Shown here: in pieces, positions 1 to 9,581 of the stretch | Numbering within the stretch: position 1 is the first letter of the stretch | Layout: each line of letters opens with the position of its first letter | NCBI GenBank assembly: GCA_964583095.1 | Contig: CAZOVB010000011.1 | Location: 26,134 to 90,133 of the forward strand | Origin: an uncultured Planctomycetaceae bacterium | GTDB lineage: Bacteria; Planctomycetota; Phycisphaerae; SM23-33 | DNA: 64,000 bases | Direction of reading: 5' to 3' | Position numbers and translations under genes: made by a program | Notes under the pieces: generated by a model | What the model saw: only the letters and a program-made list of their open reading frames with translations | Databases searched by the model: none | What the model was told of the DNA's origin: nothing

Positions 1-37
1 CATCGAAGGCTTCCAGCGTTTCCTGGCCTCTTGATGG

Positions 38-535
38 TCAGTCGGCTTTTTCGACGTTGATCACCACGCGGGGCGGGTTGGTCAGGGTGTTGTAGACCGG
101 CGAGTACTGGGCCAGTTCCTTGAGCTTCTGGGCCTCTGCGTCGGTCTTGACCTTCAGCGTCACGCGGATCTCCGAATAGCCCTTGGGCACGCTTTCATCC
201 AGTCCCAGGAAGCCGCGGATGTCGATGTCTCCTTCGACATGGGATTCCAGCGACTCGATCTCGATACCGCGTGCGGCCGAATGGCAGACGGTTGTGGTCG
301 TCACGCATCCCAGAAGGGCATGGAGGATCCACTCGACCGGGTTGGGGGCCTGGTCGTCTCCCAACAGGATCTGCGGTTCGTCGTTTTCGAACCGGAAGGT
401 CTGCGGATGCTGCAACTGCTCTCCCACGCCGTCGAAGTCGGACAGTTGCGTCTGATTGTGCGTGCCTCCCTGCCACTGGTTCTCCGCCCGGAACTGGAAC
501 TTGCCCAGTTCGGGCTGTTTCCGCAAAGCGTCCAA
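38..535 (-). CDS. OsmC/Ohr-family peroxiredoxin-like protein. The N-terminus is interrupted: an in-frame TAA at 536-538 separates it from an upstream ATG at 595 (see finding).
   Basis: Translation matches the OsmC-like core: ...GKFQFRAENQWQGGTHNQT... CVTTTTVCH...KVKTDAEAQKLKELAQ. The 20 codons upstream, after ATG 595..593, read MTQTNQSNLNGVDVQALQA-stop. The ORF as given begins at TTG. Confidence 0.65.
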   Translation of the reverse strand: MDALRKQPELGKFQFRAENQWQGGTHNQTQLSDFDGVGEQLQHPQTFRFENDEPQILLGDDQAPNPVEWILHALLGCVTTTTVCHSAARGIEIESLESHVEGDIDIRGFLGLDESVPKGYSEIRVTLKVKTDAEAQKLKELAQYSPVYNTLTNPPRVVINVEKAD

Positions 536-841
536 TTAGGCCTGGAGGGCCTGGACATCCACACCGTTGAGATTGGATTGATTGGTCTGTGTCATGACCG
601 TTCTCCTTTTCCGGCTGAGCCGGCAAGTGGACGGATCCGCAGGCGAGAGTTTTCTTCCCCCCAGGATCGCGGGAAAAACGGCACACAAGAAAGACCTGAA
701 AACCTGGCACCAACGTCCGTCTGATAATGGATTCTAGCCCGGGTGATCGCCTTTTTCTTCGCAGGGAGCGGATTGTTTTCCTTTGTTGCCCGAGAAGGGT
801 TTGGCTATTCTCTCCGGACATCTTGAACATTGGAGTTTCCC

Positions 842-2377
842 ATGAGTTTTGAAAATCAGCGAAGAGCAGATCGAGGCGACGGGACCTACAGGAACCCTGT
901 CTTTGGAAGCGATTTCCCCGACCCCTCGATCTGCAGGGCAGACGATGTCTACTACCTCACGCATTCCTCGTTCGTGTATCGGCCCGGCCTGCTGGTCTGG
1001 TCCTCGCGAGACTTGATCAACTGGCAGCCGATCGCCCATGCGTCGGATCATCCCGGCTGGAGCGTCTGGGCACCGGAAATCGTCCACCACAAGGGACGCT
1101 TCTACATCTACTACTTCGCCCACATTATCGAGGGCGACTGGCAGGGCGACAACTGGGTCGTCTGGGCCGATGACCCCCGCGGGCCCTGGTCGGAGCCGAT
1201 CGGGCTGGGTTGCGGGCATATCGATCCCGGACACATCGTGGGAGACGACGGCAAGCGATACCTGCACCTCTCGGGCGGACACGTCGCGGAGCTTCACGAA
1301 AGCGGGCTCAAGCTCGTCTCGGAGCCGAAGAAGGTCTACGACGGGTGGCAGATCCCCGAAGACTGGCGCATCGAGGGAACTGCACTGGAAGGTCCCAAGC
1401 TCTTCAAGCGGGAAGGGTGGTACTACCTGGTCAGCGCCATGGGCGGCACGGCCGGCCCGGCCACCAGTCACATGGTCGTTGCCGCCCGCAGCAAGAGCCC
1501 GCTTGGCCCCTGGGAGAATTGCCCGCACAACCCGATCCTCCGCACGACCAACCGGGCCGATCGCTGGTACAGTCGCGGCCACGGTACGCCGTTTGAAGGG
1601 CCCGACGGGCGGTGGTGGATCATCCTCCATGGCTACGAGCGGGGCTTCCATACGCTGGGACGTCAGACGCTGCTCGAACCGATCCAGTGGACCGACGACG
1701 GTTGGTTCAAGGCGGTGGAAGGTCACGATCCGGCCGGAGTGATCGACGCCCCCGTGCCCGTTTCAGCCCGAGCGCCCGAGGCCTGTCACTACATGCGGCT
1801 TTCAGACGACTTCGCCGGCGACCGACTGGGTATGCAATGGCAGAAGTTCGGCAACTTTCGCGAAGATCGGATCTTTCTTGGCCAGGGGTGGCTCAAACTT
1901 GCCTGCGAGGGAAGCAGGGCCCAGCCTTCTGCGCCCTTGACCTGCACTCCGGTGGATCTGGCCTACGAGGTGGAAGTCGAGATCGATCGGTCCGAAATGC
2001 AAGGCGGCGACCTGGCCGGCCTGCTGGTTTACTACGACCAGCGCTGTTTCGGCGGGGTGCTCATCGGCCCCGACGGGCTGTATGGGGCGCGGGAAGGGAA
2101 GATCGCCGAGAGGCCGGGCCGCGAACTGCCCCAAGGCCTCGTGACTCTTCGACTGGTCAACGACTGCAACGAGATGGATCTCTACATTCGCCCCGAGGGC
2201 TCGGACTGGCAGAAGCTCTCGATGTCACTGGATATTTCGGGATACAACCACAACGTGTTCGGCAGGTTCCTGTCGCTCAGGCCCGCGCTGATGGCCATCG
2301 GGAGCGGCCAGGCCAGGTTCCGGAATTTCCGCTATCACGGACTCAGGCCGGGAAATGATCTGCCCGAGTTCGTCTGA
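842..2377 (+). CDS. Glycoside hydrolase family 43 (beta-xylosidase / alpha-L-arabinofuranosidase-like) with a C-terminal concanavalin-like domain
   Basis: N-terminal GH43 signature NPVFGSDFPDPSI..DDVYYL, 5-bladed propeller motifs, and a C-terminal beta-sandwich about 200 aa long. Start is ATG at 842 (the ORF track starts at TTG 830). Confidence 0.8.
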   Translation: MSFENQRRADRGDGTYRNPVFGSDFPDPSICRADDVYYLTHSSFVYRPGLLVWSSRDLINWQPIAHASDHPGWSVWAPEIVHHKGRFYIYYFAHIIEGDWQGDNWVVWADDPRGPWSEPIGLGCGHIDPGHIVGDDGKRYLHLSGGHVAELHESGLKLVSEPKKVYDGWQIPEDWRIEGTALEGPKLFKREGWYYLVSAMGGTAGPATSHMVVAARSKSPLGPWENCPHNPILRTTNRADRWYSRGHGTPFEGPDGRWWIILHGYERGFHTLGRQTLLEPIQWTDDGWFKAVEGHDPAGVIDAPVPVSARAPEACHYMRLSDDFAGDRLGMQWQKFGNFREDRIFLGQGWLKLACEGSRAQPSAPLTCTPVDLAYEVEVEIDRSEMQGGDLAGLLVYYDQRCFGGVLIGPDGLYGAREGKIAERPGRELPQGLVTLRLVNDCNEMDLYIRPEGSDWQKLSMSLDISGYNHNVFGRFLSLRPALMAIGSGQARFRNFRYHGLRPGNDLPEFV

Positions 2378-2395
2378 TTCGACCCGTCGGCGGGA

Positions 2396-3466
2396 TCAGT
2401 CTTCAAGCTGCGCCTTCCACGCCTCACCGCCCAGGCCGCAGACGTAGAGAAGGTCCAGGTTCGGGTCCCAGGCGAAGTCGTGCAGGTCCTTCTTGTGCTT
2501 GTAGGACTTGGGAGTTGTGAAGAAGTCCATGCGCTTCTTCCAGGTCTTGCCCCCGTCGGCCGTCTCGAAGAAGCCTTCCTCGGTCATGACCATCATGTGC
2601 TCCTCGGAATTGCCGAAGCAAGGCCCGGCCAGGATGTTCTCCAGCTTTCCCCCGCAGAATTGCCATGACCTGCCCGAATCCCGGGATACGACCAGTCCGT
2701 TCTTGACCGGCCAGTACAGATGCTCGCCAAAGGTTCGCGGCGTCTTGGTGACGGTTGCGGCGCTGCTGACCTTCTTCCAGGTCCGGCCAAGGTCTTCGCT
2801 ACGGAAAACCCCGCGGTTCCGGCGGGAGCAGTAGACCGCCTTGCCGGCCAGGGCGATTCCGACGCAGTCTTCGGTGTTCTCCACTTTTTTCCAGCTCTGC
2901 CCGGCGTCCTGGCTGTACCAGTAGTCCTGGGAATGATGCTGATGGGCCAGGACTTCCCTGGGCTCCCCGCCGGTCAGATCGACCATGCCGAACCCCCAGC
3001 CGTCCTTGCCCTTGTTGGTGAACTTCGTCCAGGTCCGTCCGCCGTCGAGGGTCATGCCGCTTGAGCGACCTACCTTGAACACCACCAGCGCATCGGGTCG
3101 TTCCGGGTCGATCTGCATGGCCGAGGGTGTCACCCAGCGGCCCTGGAGTTGCCCGTCGTCAAGTCGCGTGAAGCTTTTGCCCTGATCGTCACTGACGTAC
3201 ACGCCGTACTTGTCATTGACGCCCAGGTACAGCCTGCCGGTTTTCGGGGCAAGGGCCAGCCCCCCGCATCGGCGGTTGCCCGACCAACTGTCGCGGTATT
3301 CGGGAATCTGTCCCCAGAGTCGGCGCGTCATGCACTGCCAGGACTTCTCCGAAGTCTCCGTGTCCTTGTCGGACTCGGCGGTCAATGGACCCGCCGGCAG
3401 CGCGCAGAAGACAACAGCGGCCAGGAGGGCTGCAAAGGGAAACGGGTTGAGTCTTTCAAGCTTCAT
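2396..3466 (-). CDS. Secreted BNR/Asp-box repeat protein (sialidase/Ycf48-like beta-propeller)
   Basis: Signal peptide MKLERLNPFPFAALLAAVVFCALPAGP, then six S-x-D-x-G-x-T/S-W/F motifs (SDDQGKSF, TLDGGRTW, SQDAGQSW, SEDLGRTW, SRDSGRSW, TADGGKTW). Confidence 0.7.
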   Translation of the reverse strand: MKLERLNPFPFAALLAAVVFCALPAGPLTAESDKDTETSEKSWQCMTRRLWGQIPEYRDSWSGNRRCGGLALAPKTGRLYLGVNDKYGVYVSDDQGKSFTRLDDGQLQGRWVTPSAMQIDPERPDALVVFKVGRSSGMTLDGGRTWTKFTNKGKDGWGFGMVDLTGGEPREVLAHQHHSQDYWYSQDAGQSWKKVENTEDCVGIALAGKAVYCSRRNRGVFRSEDLGRTWKKVSSAATVTKTPRTFGEHLYWPVKNGLVVSRDSGRSWQFCGGKLENILAGPCFGNSEEHMMVMTEEGFFETADGGKTWKKRMDFFTTPKSYKHKKDLHDFAWDPNLDLLYVCGLGGEAWKAQLED

Positions 3467-3837
3467 GATCGGGTCTGTCTATTCTCCTGATATAACCCCG
3501 GCCGGGGGGCAAAGTACCGCCAAAGCCCGGCTTGTGAGGACAAATTTGTGACTCCGGTCCAATACAGCGGATCCCCGGCGACGGGCCTACGCGGCGCGCT
3601 TTGGATTTGCCTGGGAATAAGGAGATCTTCGAGGCCGGCACGACCGCCGCCGGCTGGTTTGCGGCAGTGTCCCCGGGCAGCTTTCGGGACATCCTTCTGC
3701 TGGAACAGGCCGCAGGATTGGGATGCTACGGAGCCTTGACTTTCCTTCGCAGTTGGGGCCCGGAAGGCAAGAGGCTTCTGGAAACGAAGGTGTAAGACTC
3801 TGCCGCTCTCCCAGACGAGGCAAGCGGGGGGTTCAGT

Positions 3838-5085
3838 TCAGTCCAGCCGCTTGTTGGCCGAGTAGAGCTGAGCGTCCAGAGCGCGGAGGTAGTGGCTCTG
3901 GGCGATGGCGTAGGTTTCCCAGGCGTCCGAGAGCCGGCGGGAGAAGTCTTTCCGCGCGGGCATGGCCAGGCTCCGCTGGAGGGCGATGGGGACGGTTTGG
4001 CCGTTCTGGACGTGCTGGAGGAAGCGGGCAAACTGTTGCTGGTTCAGGCGCGAGTAGATGAATTCAGTGAAACTCAGTGCACTGGCGTAGAACAGGGCGG
4101 GGTTGTCCAGGTCCGACCACTCGGCGGCCAGTAGTTCCTGGAGGGACATCCGCTCCTTGCCGGAGATGACTGTGCCGGCCAGCAGAACCCGGTCGTTGTC
4201 GAGCTCGTACTCGGCCAGCATAGCCAGGCCTTCGTTGAGCATCAGCGGACATACACTGTCGGCGAAGATATCGTCCAGGACCAGGTGGCAGAGCTCATGG
4301 GGAAGAATCCGGTCCAGGGTGGTGGTGTTGAAGCGTCCCTGTTCGTCGTTCTGGGTCAGGTCGATTCTTCGGGAGACTACCCGCCCGCGTTTGGTCTCGA
4401 CGCTGAAGCTGCCCCCGGACCAGTCGGGCGCGTCGCAGGCATTGGCCAGGTAGTCCTTGCGGTCCTTCCATACGTAGACATCGACGCTCTTGTGAAACGC
4501 CTGGCCCGAGAGGACCTGGTCGCAGACGCGCTGCATGGCCTTTTGAGCCTGGCGGACCATCAGTTTGGCGACCTTGGAGTTCCGGGCCCGCACCACAAAC
4601 TGCTCGCTGGTTTCGGTGTGAACCTGGTCGTCGATTACGGAAAGTTCTTCCAGTTGCCTGGGGCTGAGCGATTCGCTGGGCAGTGAATCGTATCGGAGGC
4701 GTGGAGGGTTGTCGCTGCGGCAGAGGCGGATCTGGGCCCGGACGAAGGGGCCCAGGGCGTCGCCACGGGTGGCTTCGAGATAGCTGTCGTAGGCCTGGGC
4801 GGCCGCTTCGTACAGACGTCGCTCCTGATAAGATGACGCCAGCACCAGCCACGCCTGCGGGTCGGGGTCTTGCCCGGAGAGCAATTCGCGGGCTGCGTGC
4901 TGAGCCTGGGCGTATTGCCCCTGCTGGAGCATCGCAAGGGCCTGATGAAGTTGATCGCCGGCAGAGGGAGGGGTTGAAGCGTCCTGCGGGGCCGGGGGCA
5001 GGGACTGGCCCCAACCGGAACTGGCCATGCACAGTCCCGTCAAGACGCCGATCAGCAGTCTGTGTTTATCGATCATCGATCTCAT
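3838..5085 (-). CDS. Secreted TPR plus peptidase MA-like (HExxH...NEGxAxxxE) domain protein
   Basis: Signal peptide, a TPR-like N-terminal region, HELCH zinc motif and a downstream NEGLAMLAE third ligand (Peptidase_MA_2-like). Confidence 0.6.
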   Translation of the reverse strand: MRSMIDKHRLLIGVLTGLCMASSGWGQSLPPAPQDASTPPSAGDQLHQALAMLQQGQYAQAQHAARELLSGQDPDPQAWLVLASSYQERRLYEAAAQAYDSYLEATRGDALGPFVRAQIRLCRSDNPPRLRYDSLPSESLSPRQLEELSVIDDQVHTETSEQFVVRARNSKVAKLMVRQAQKAMQRVCDQVLSGQAFHKSVDVYVWKDRKDYLANACDAPDWSGGSFSVETKRGRVVSRRIDLTQNDEQGRFNTTTLDRILPHELCHLVLDDIFADSVCPLMLNEGLAMLAEYELDNDRVLLAGTVISGKERMSLQELLAAEWSDLDNPALFYASALSFTEFIYSRLNQQQFARFLQHVQNGQTVPIALQRSLAMPARKDFSRRLSDAWETYAIAQSHYLRALDAQLYSANKRLD

Positions 5086-6333
5086 CCTTGAGAATTGTCC
5101 GTTTTTCCTGCACGGTTTGCAAGTCCGATTTTGCCCATTGAATCTGCAAAATCAACTCTTCCCTGTACGGCTGGGCGATCTCGATTATCTCCCCCAGGGC
5201 TTCTTCCAGCGAATCCAGGCGGTGAACCATCCGCTCGAGCAGCCGCCGGTACCTCGCCCCGCCCAGATCCGGATCGCCCAGGCGGGCCTCCAGGCGGTCG
5301 TAGCCTCGCGTCCGGTTTTCCACATCGCGCCGAAGAGCGCGGATCCGCTTGCGGGCGATTTCCACGCGGTAGGTAAGGCCCGAACCGGGCAGGAGCGCAT
5401 CGGCCCGGTCGAGCGTCAACTCCGCACGGAGATACTTGGCACGGGCGGTGTCCGGGTCGAGGTTCTCAGCCGCGACCGCCTGGGAGATCAGCTCCGAAGC
5501 GTGGGCCTGCTGGGAAAGGGCTTCATCGCGAAGGGCTGCCTCGATGGCCATCGGATCGGCCAGTGAAACCGGCCCCGGCCGGAGAATCCGCTGGTCCGAG
5601 CCCAGCAGCATGGCCCCGGCGGGATAGGGGTCCTCGAGAGCATAGACACCCGCGGGGGCCTGACTGACAATGCGGTGAAGCACGTCGAAACGAACCGAGG
5701 CATCGGGCAGATTCGCCTGCCGGGCGGCCTCGGCGGCAAGTTTGAAAATCGCTCCAGCATCCTGAAATTCTTTGCGTGCCAGCAGGATGCGCCCCCGCAT
5801 TTCCGTCAGGGCAAACCGCTGAGCCTCACTGTTCAGGCGGGAGCGAAGGTCGCTCAGGGTCTCCAGGAGGGACGCATCTTCGGGCTCTGTGCGGATCCGC
5901 TCGCCAAGCCCTTCCAGAACTTCGGGAAAGGTCAGCCATTTTTCGCCCAGGCGCAGGTACCCCAGGTGTTGCCGGGCTTCGGCGTGTTCCGGATCGATCT
6001 GCAGAATCGCTTCCCATACCTGTCGGGCCCGTTCGTCCAGACCGTCGCGAAGGCCCTGGCGGGCCAGTTCTTCCATCGCTTCGAGGTCCCCCAGTTGCAT
6101 CTCGGCCAGACTCTGATCAAAAATCGTGGTGAGCGTTTGGGTGGAGATGACTTCCAGGACCTGCGAGGAATCGACCTGGTGGGTCTGGCCTTGCGATTCG
6201 ACATAGACGGTGCTGCCCTGGCTGCGATATTCCCCGACCAGCACCCGCCCATCGGCCAGGAGGACCTTATCAGCCTGGGCGATGGTTGGGGGCAGCAGGG
6301 CTGTCAAAATGAGCAGGGGACTGATTCGCACTG
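5066..6333 (-). CDS. Hypothetical secreted protein, Ala/Leu/Arg-rich and helical
   Basis: Long ORF with coding periodicity. Predicted signal peptide RISPLLILTALLPPTIAQA follows GTG 6333. The longest ORF extends to 6409. Its 3' end overlaps the start of the downstream gene by 20 bp. Confidence 0.5.
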
Positions 6334-6447
6334 GCGAGTTCCCTATATCAGGATTTCGGCTTCGGGATCCTTTCCCTTCCCGCCTGTACAAGACACGCCG
6401 AAAGGGCAAAGATCAGCGAAAAAACCGCATTGGCTCAGGCCCGGCTA

Positions 6448-6675
6448 TCAGGAAAGCGGACACTGCCCGCTGGGACACCCCCGGGCCGAGGGGCACTGAC
6501 CGGCCGACTGGCAGGGCGACGAGGCCGAACGTCCCTGGTGGGCGGCGAAGCTGGAGTAGAGGCGCTGCAACTGCTTACTGCCGCACTCGGGGCAGTCGGG
6601 CTTGCTGCGATGGCTTGGGACGAGTTTCTCAAAAGCATGTCCGCAATCGTCGCATCGGTACTCGTAAATCGGCAT
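6448..6675 (-). CDS. FmdB-family zinc-ribbon regulatory protein with an extra Cys-rich C-terminal tail
   Basis: MPIYEYRCDDCGHAFEKL...CPECGS matches the CxxC..CxxC FmdB zinc ribbon. The C-terminus PCQSAGQCPSARGCPSGQCP adds four more Cys. Confidence 0.6.
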   Translation of the reverse strand: MPIYEYRCDDCGHAFEKLVPSHRSKPDCPECGSKQLQRLYSSFAAHQGRSASSPCQSAGQCPSARGCPSGQCPLS

Positions 6676-7264
6676 GGAAAGCAGCTCCTCGTGCGGTCTG
6701 GTTGGCTCTCTATCGTACGGGGTAATTATACCAGAGGCCTTCCCACGGGGCAACGCCCCGGCGGGGGGGGGAATTGGACTGGAGAAGGATATTCAACAGA
6801 AACCAACAGGATCGGCGGGGTATCAGGGAAACGAATTGAGGTCATCAGGAAAAAATATTCTCCTAACAGTGCCTCAACCCGGAAAAACCTGTCCGGGGCT
6901 GTGATTGTAAAATGGGGAAGCTATATGGTTTATAATGCTTTGTGGCCATGATCTGTCCCGGACCTTTCCAAACGCTAGTTTTTGCTCCAGTCTAGACTTG
7001 TGTTCGGCCGATAGATTTGTCTATAATGCAGGCAAGTTCCTGCTTCTGTCGTAGCACAGAGGTCTGACGAGATCGCGACCTCAGGCTCAATCGGTGGATG
7101 CCCAGGCAGTAGGTGGGGCAGCAACTGTATGAGCAAGGGGTATGAGGACGCGATAGGGCGGGTACCGCAACGGGTACTCAAAGGACATCTTTCGCCCGAA
7201 TTCCTTCATCGGCAGCAGCGGGGCAAGCGGCGCAGAGCACGTTTCTACTTCCAGAGGTGTTGCG

Positions 7265-7465
7265 ATGAAACTCACGATTCGTATCCTGCAAAACGAAGAT
7301 GGCGGCTACACGGCAGTCTGCCCGACACTGCCGGGTTGTGTCTCCCAGGGCCCCACGCGCCAACAGGCGACCGACCGGCTTGATGAGGCGATCCGTGGCT
7401 ACATTGCGGCGGTCAGCAACTTCGTGCCCGAGAAAGTCGATCACGAAGTCACCGAAGTCCACTAG
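7265..7465 (+). CDS. HicB-family (UPF0150) antitoxin-like protein, orphan (no HicA found)
   Basis: 66 aa. The segment YTAVCPTLPGCVSQGPTRQQATDRLDEAIRGYIAAV matches the HicB/UPF0150 fold signature. No HicA-like ORF in any frame of the 400 bp either side. Confidence 0.5.
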   Translation: MKLTIRILQNEDGGYTAVCPTLPGCVSQGPTRQQATDRLDEAIRGYIAAVSNFVPEKVDHEVTEVH

Positions 7466-7657
7466 ATTGTCTTCCTTCGGACAACGGGGGTCGATGTAAG
7501 CGGCTTTCTTTCTGGAGTACGTGCATGAGGGGAGAATCATGCGCGTCCTTTTCCACTTCTGATTGTCTTTTCCATTCAAAGGCAACACTCTTGCCCCTGG
7601 CGCCTTGCGGCGGTAGCCTGTCGGACGAGCAATGATCCCTCGATACAGGAACGCGGC

Positions 7658-8629
7658 ATGAATGCATTGATCACCGGTGGCGCAGGGTTTATCGGGTCCC
7701 ACCTGGCCCAGCGTCTGCTAAGGCAGGGCCATCACGTCACAGCCATCGATGACCTTTCCACCGGTTGCCTGGAAAACCTGGCTCCCTGTCGCTCCAGCGA
7801 CCGCTTTCGCTTCATCCGCGCCTCCATTCGGGAAAAGGACCTGATGGTCAGCCTCTTCCAGCGGGCCGAGGCGGTGTTCCACCTGGCCGCCGCGGTAGGG
7901 GTGCGACTGATCGTCGAACAGCCCGTCCACACCCTGGAGACCAACATTCACGGTTCGGAGGTCGTGCTGGGCCTGGCGGGAAAGTTCGGCTGCAAGGTGG
8001 TGCTGGCCTCGACCTCCGAGGTCTACGGCAAGAGCACCAACGTGCCCTTTTCCGAATCGGATGATACGGTCCTGGGCTCGACGGTCTACACCCGCTGGAG
8101 CTACGCCTGCAGCAAGATGGTCGACGAATTCCTCGCCCTGGCCTATCGGGATCAGTTCGGCCTGCCCGTGGTGATCTGCCGATTCTTCAATACCGTCGGG
8201 CCCCGGCAGAGGGGTCAATACGGCATGGTCGTGCCCCGCTTCATCCAGCAGGCCTTGCAGGGCCGGACACTCCAGATCCATGGCACGGGCAACCAGAGCC
8301 GATGTTTCTGCCATGTAGAGGATGTGGTCGATGCCCTCTGCCGGCTGGTGGACTGCCCCGAGGCCGAAGGTGAGGTCGTCAACATCGGCACGTCCGAGTC
8401 GGTGACAATCAATGAACTGGCCCGGAAGATCGTTCAGATGACCGGCTCGCAAAGCCGGATCGAGCACATAAGCTACGAAGAAGCCTTCGGCAGGCCCTTT
8501 GACGATATGCAGATTCGGGTGCCGGATCTGACGAAAATACAAAGGCTCGTCGGGTATCAGCCGAAATACAAACTTGACGAAACCCTCGCCGAGATCATCG
8601 AATACGAAAAGGAGAGACTTTCGCTATGA
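7658..8629 (+). CDS. NAD-dependent epimerase/dehydratase (UDP-sugar epimerase/decarboxylase-like, extended SDR)
   Basis: TGGAGFIGSHL Rossmann motif and a YACSK catalytic Y-x-x-x-K. Overlaps the next gene by 4 bp (ATGA). Confidence 0.8.
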   Translation: MNALITGGAGFIGSHLAQRLLRQGHHVTAIDDLSTGCLENLAPCRSSDRFRFIRASIREKDLMVSLFQRAEAVFHLAAAVGVRLIVEQPVHTLETNIHGSEVVLGLAGKFGCKVVLASTSEVYGKSTNVPFSESDDTVLGSTVYTRWSYACSKMVDEFLALAYRDQFGLPVVICRFFNTVGPRQRGQYGMVVPRFIQQALQGRTLQIHGTGNQSRCFCHVEDVVDALCRLVDCPEAEGEVVNIGTSESVTINELARKIVQMTGSQSRIEHISYEEAFGRPFDDMQIRVPDLTKIQRLVGYQPKYKLDETLAEIIEYEKERLSL

Positions 8630-9570
8630 GCAAGTACTGCGTGACCGGCGGGGCTGGATTCATCGGCTGCAACCTGGCCCGCTTCCTGCTGGAAAAGGGC
8701 CACGACGTCGTCGTCCTGGACAATCTGGCCACCGGCAAGAAGGAGAACATCGAGCCCATCCTTTCCCAGATCGCCTTTCTGGAAGGCGACATTCGCGATC
8801 GCGATGCGGTCGACAGGGCCTTTCAGGGCTGCGAGGGGGTCTTTCACCAGGCCGCCCTGGGCTCCGTGCCGCGCAGCGTGGAGGACCCCGTCACCAGCCA
8901 CGATGCCAACGTCAACGGCACGATCACGGTCCTGGAAGCCGCCCGGGCCTCGCAGGTCAAGCGTATCCTCTTTGCCGCCAGCAGCAGCGCCTACGGGAAC
9001 CAGCCGGTCTCTCCCAAGCACGAGCAGATGCCGGTCCTGCCCATCAGTCCGTACGCGGCAAGCAAGGTCTCCTGCGAGGCCTACATGCGGGGCTATGCGG
9101 CCGCCTACGGGCTGGAAACGCTCTGCCTGCGTTACTTCAACGTCTTCGGCCCGCACCAGGACCCCCAGGGGGCCTACGCCGCGGTCATCCCCGCCTTCGT
9201 AAGCCGCCTGCTGCAAGGCCGGAAACCCGTGGTCTACGGCGACGGCGAACAGTCCCGCGACTTCTGCTACATCGAGAACGTCTGCCGGGCCAACTACCTG
9301 GGCATGACCGCCCCGGCCGAGGTCTGCGACGGACGCGTGCTGAACATTGCCTGCAATCAGCGAACGAGCCTCAACGAGATCCTCGCGCTGCTCCAGGAGT
9401 TGCTGGGCACCGACATACAGGCTGAATATACCGACCAGCGCCCCGGAGATGTAAAGCACTCGCTGGCCGCCATCGAGGCCGCGAAAGAATCCATCGGCTA
9501 CGAGCCGGCCGTCTACTTCGAAGAGGGACTGCGAAAGGCGATCGACTGGTACCGCGAGAATCTCGGTTAG
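8626..9570 (+). CDS. NAD-dependent epimerase/dehydratase (UDP-GlcNAc/UDP-Glc 4-epimerase-like, WbpP/Gne-like)
   Basis: TGGAGFIGCNL and a YAASK catalytic dyad region. 314 aa. Confidence 0.8.
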   Translation: MSKYCVTGGAGFIGCNLARFLLEKGHDVVVLDNLATGKKENIEPILSQIAFLEGDIRDRDAVDRAFQGCEGVFHQAALGSVPRSVEDPVTSHDANVNGTITVLEAARASQVKRILFAASSSAYGNQPVSPKHEQMPVLPISPYAASKVSCEAYMRGYAAAYGLETLCLRYFNVFGPHQDPQGAYAAVIPAFVSRLLQGRKPVVYGDGEQSRDFCYIENVCRANYLGMTAPAEVCDGRVLNIACNQRTSLNEILALLQELLGTDIQAEYTDQRPGDVKHSLAAIEAAKESIGYEPAVYFEEGLRKAIDWYRENLG

Positions 9571-9581
9571 CCCGGCCTTCC

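Noticed and set aside
195-830. 211-aa ORF, and many similar 60-250-aa ORFs throughout the track (for example 239..724, 1038..1742, 4295..5032, 7718..8542, 8557..9459, 10604..12055, 13720..15258)
   Set aside because: They lie antisense to or out of frame with strongly supported genes. They have Arg/Pro/Gly-rich low-complexity translations typical of spurious ORFs in high-GC DNA. Many start at GTG or TTG.
6731-6775. tmRNA 3'-end-like string AUUCCCCCCCCGCC on the minus strand
   Set aside because: No adjacent T-arm/acceptor pairing, no CCA context, and no tag-peptide reading frame nearby.
6956-6975. RNase P RNA-like GGAAAGGUCCGGG motif on the minus strand
   Set aside because: Only the P4-like 13-mer is present. 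The other universally conserved RNase P elements and the ~350-nt structured context are absent.
7129-7264. Possible HicA toxin upstream of HicB (ORF 7129..7383)
   Set aside because: Its translation has no HicA GSH or dsRBD-like motif. It overlaps HicB out of frame. It is probably noise within a leader region.
7178-7702. 174-aa minus-strand ORF spanning the HicB locus
   Set aside because: Antisense to HicB and to the start of the epimerase gene. Low-complexity translation.
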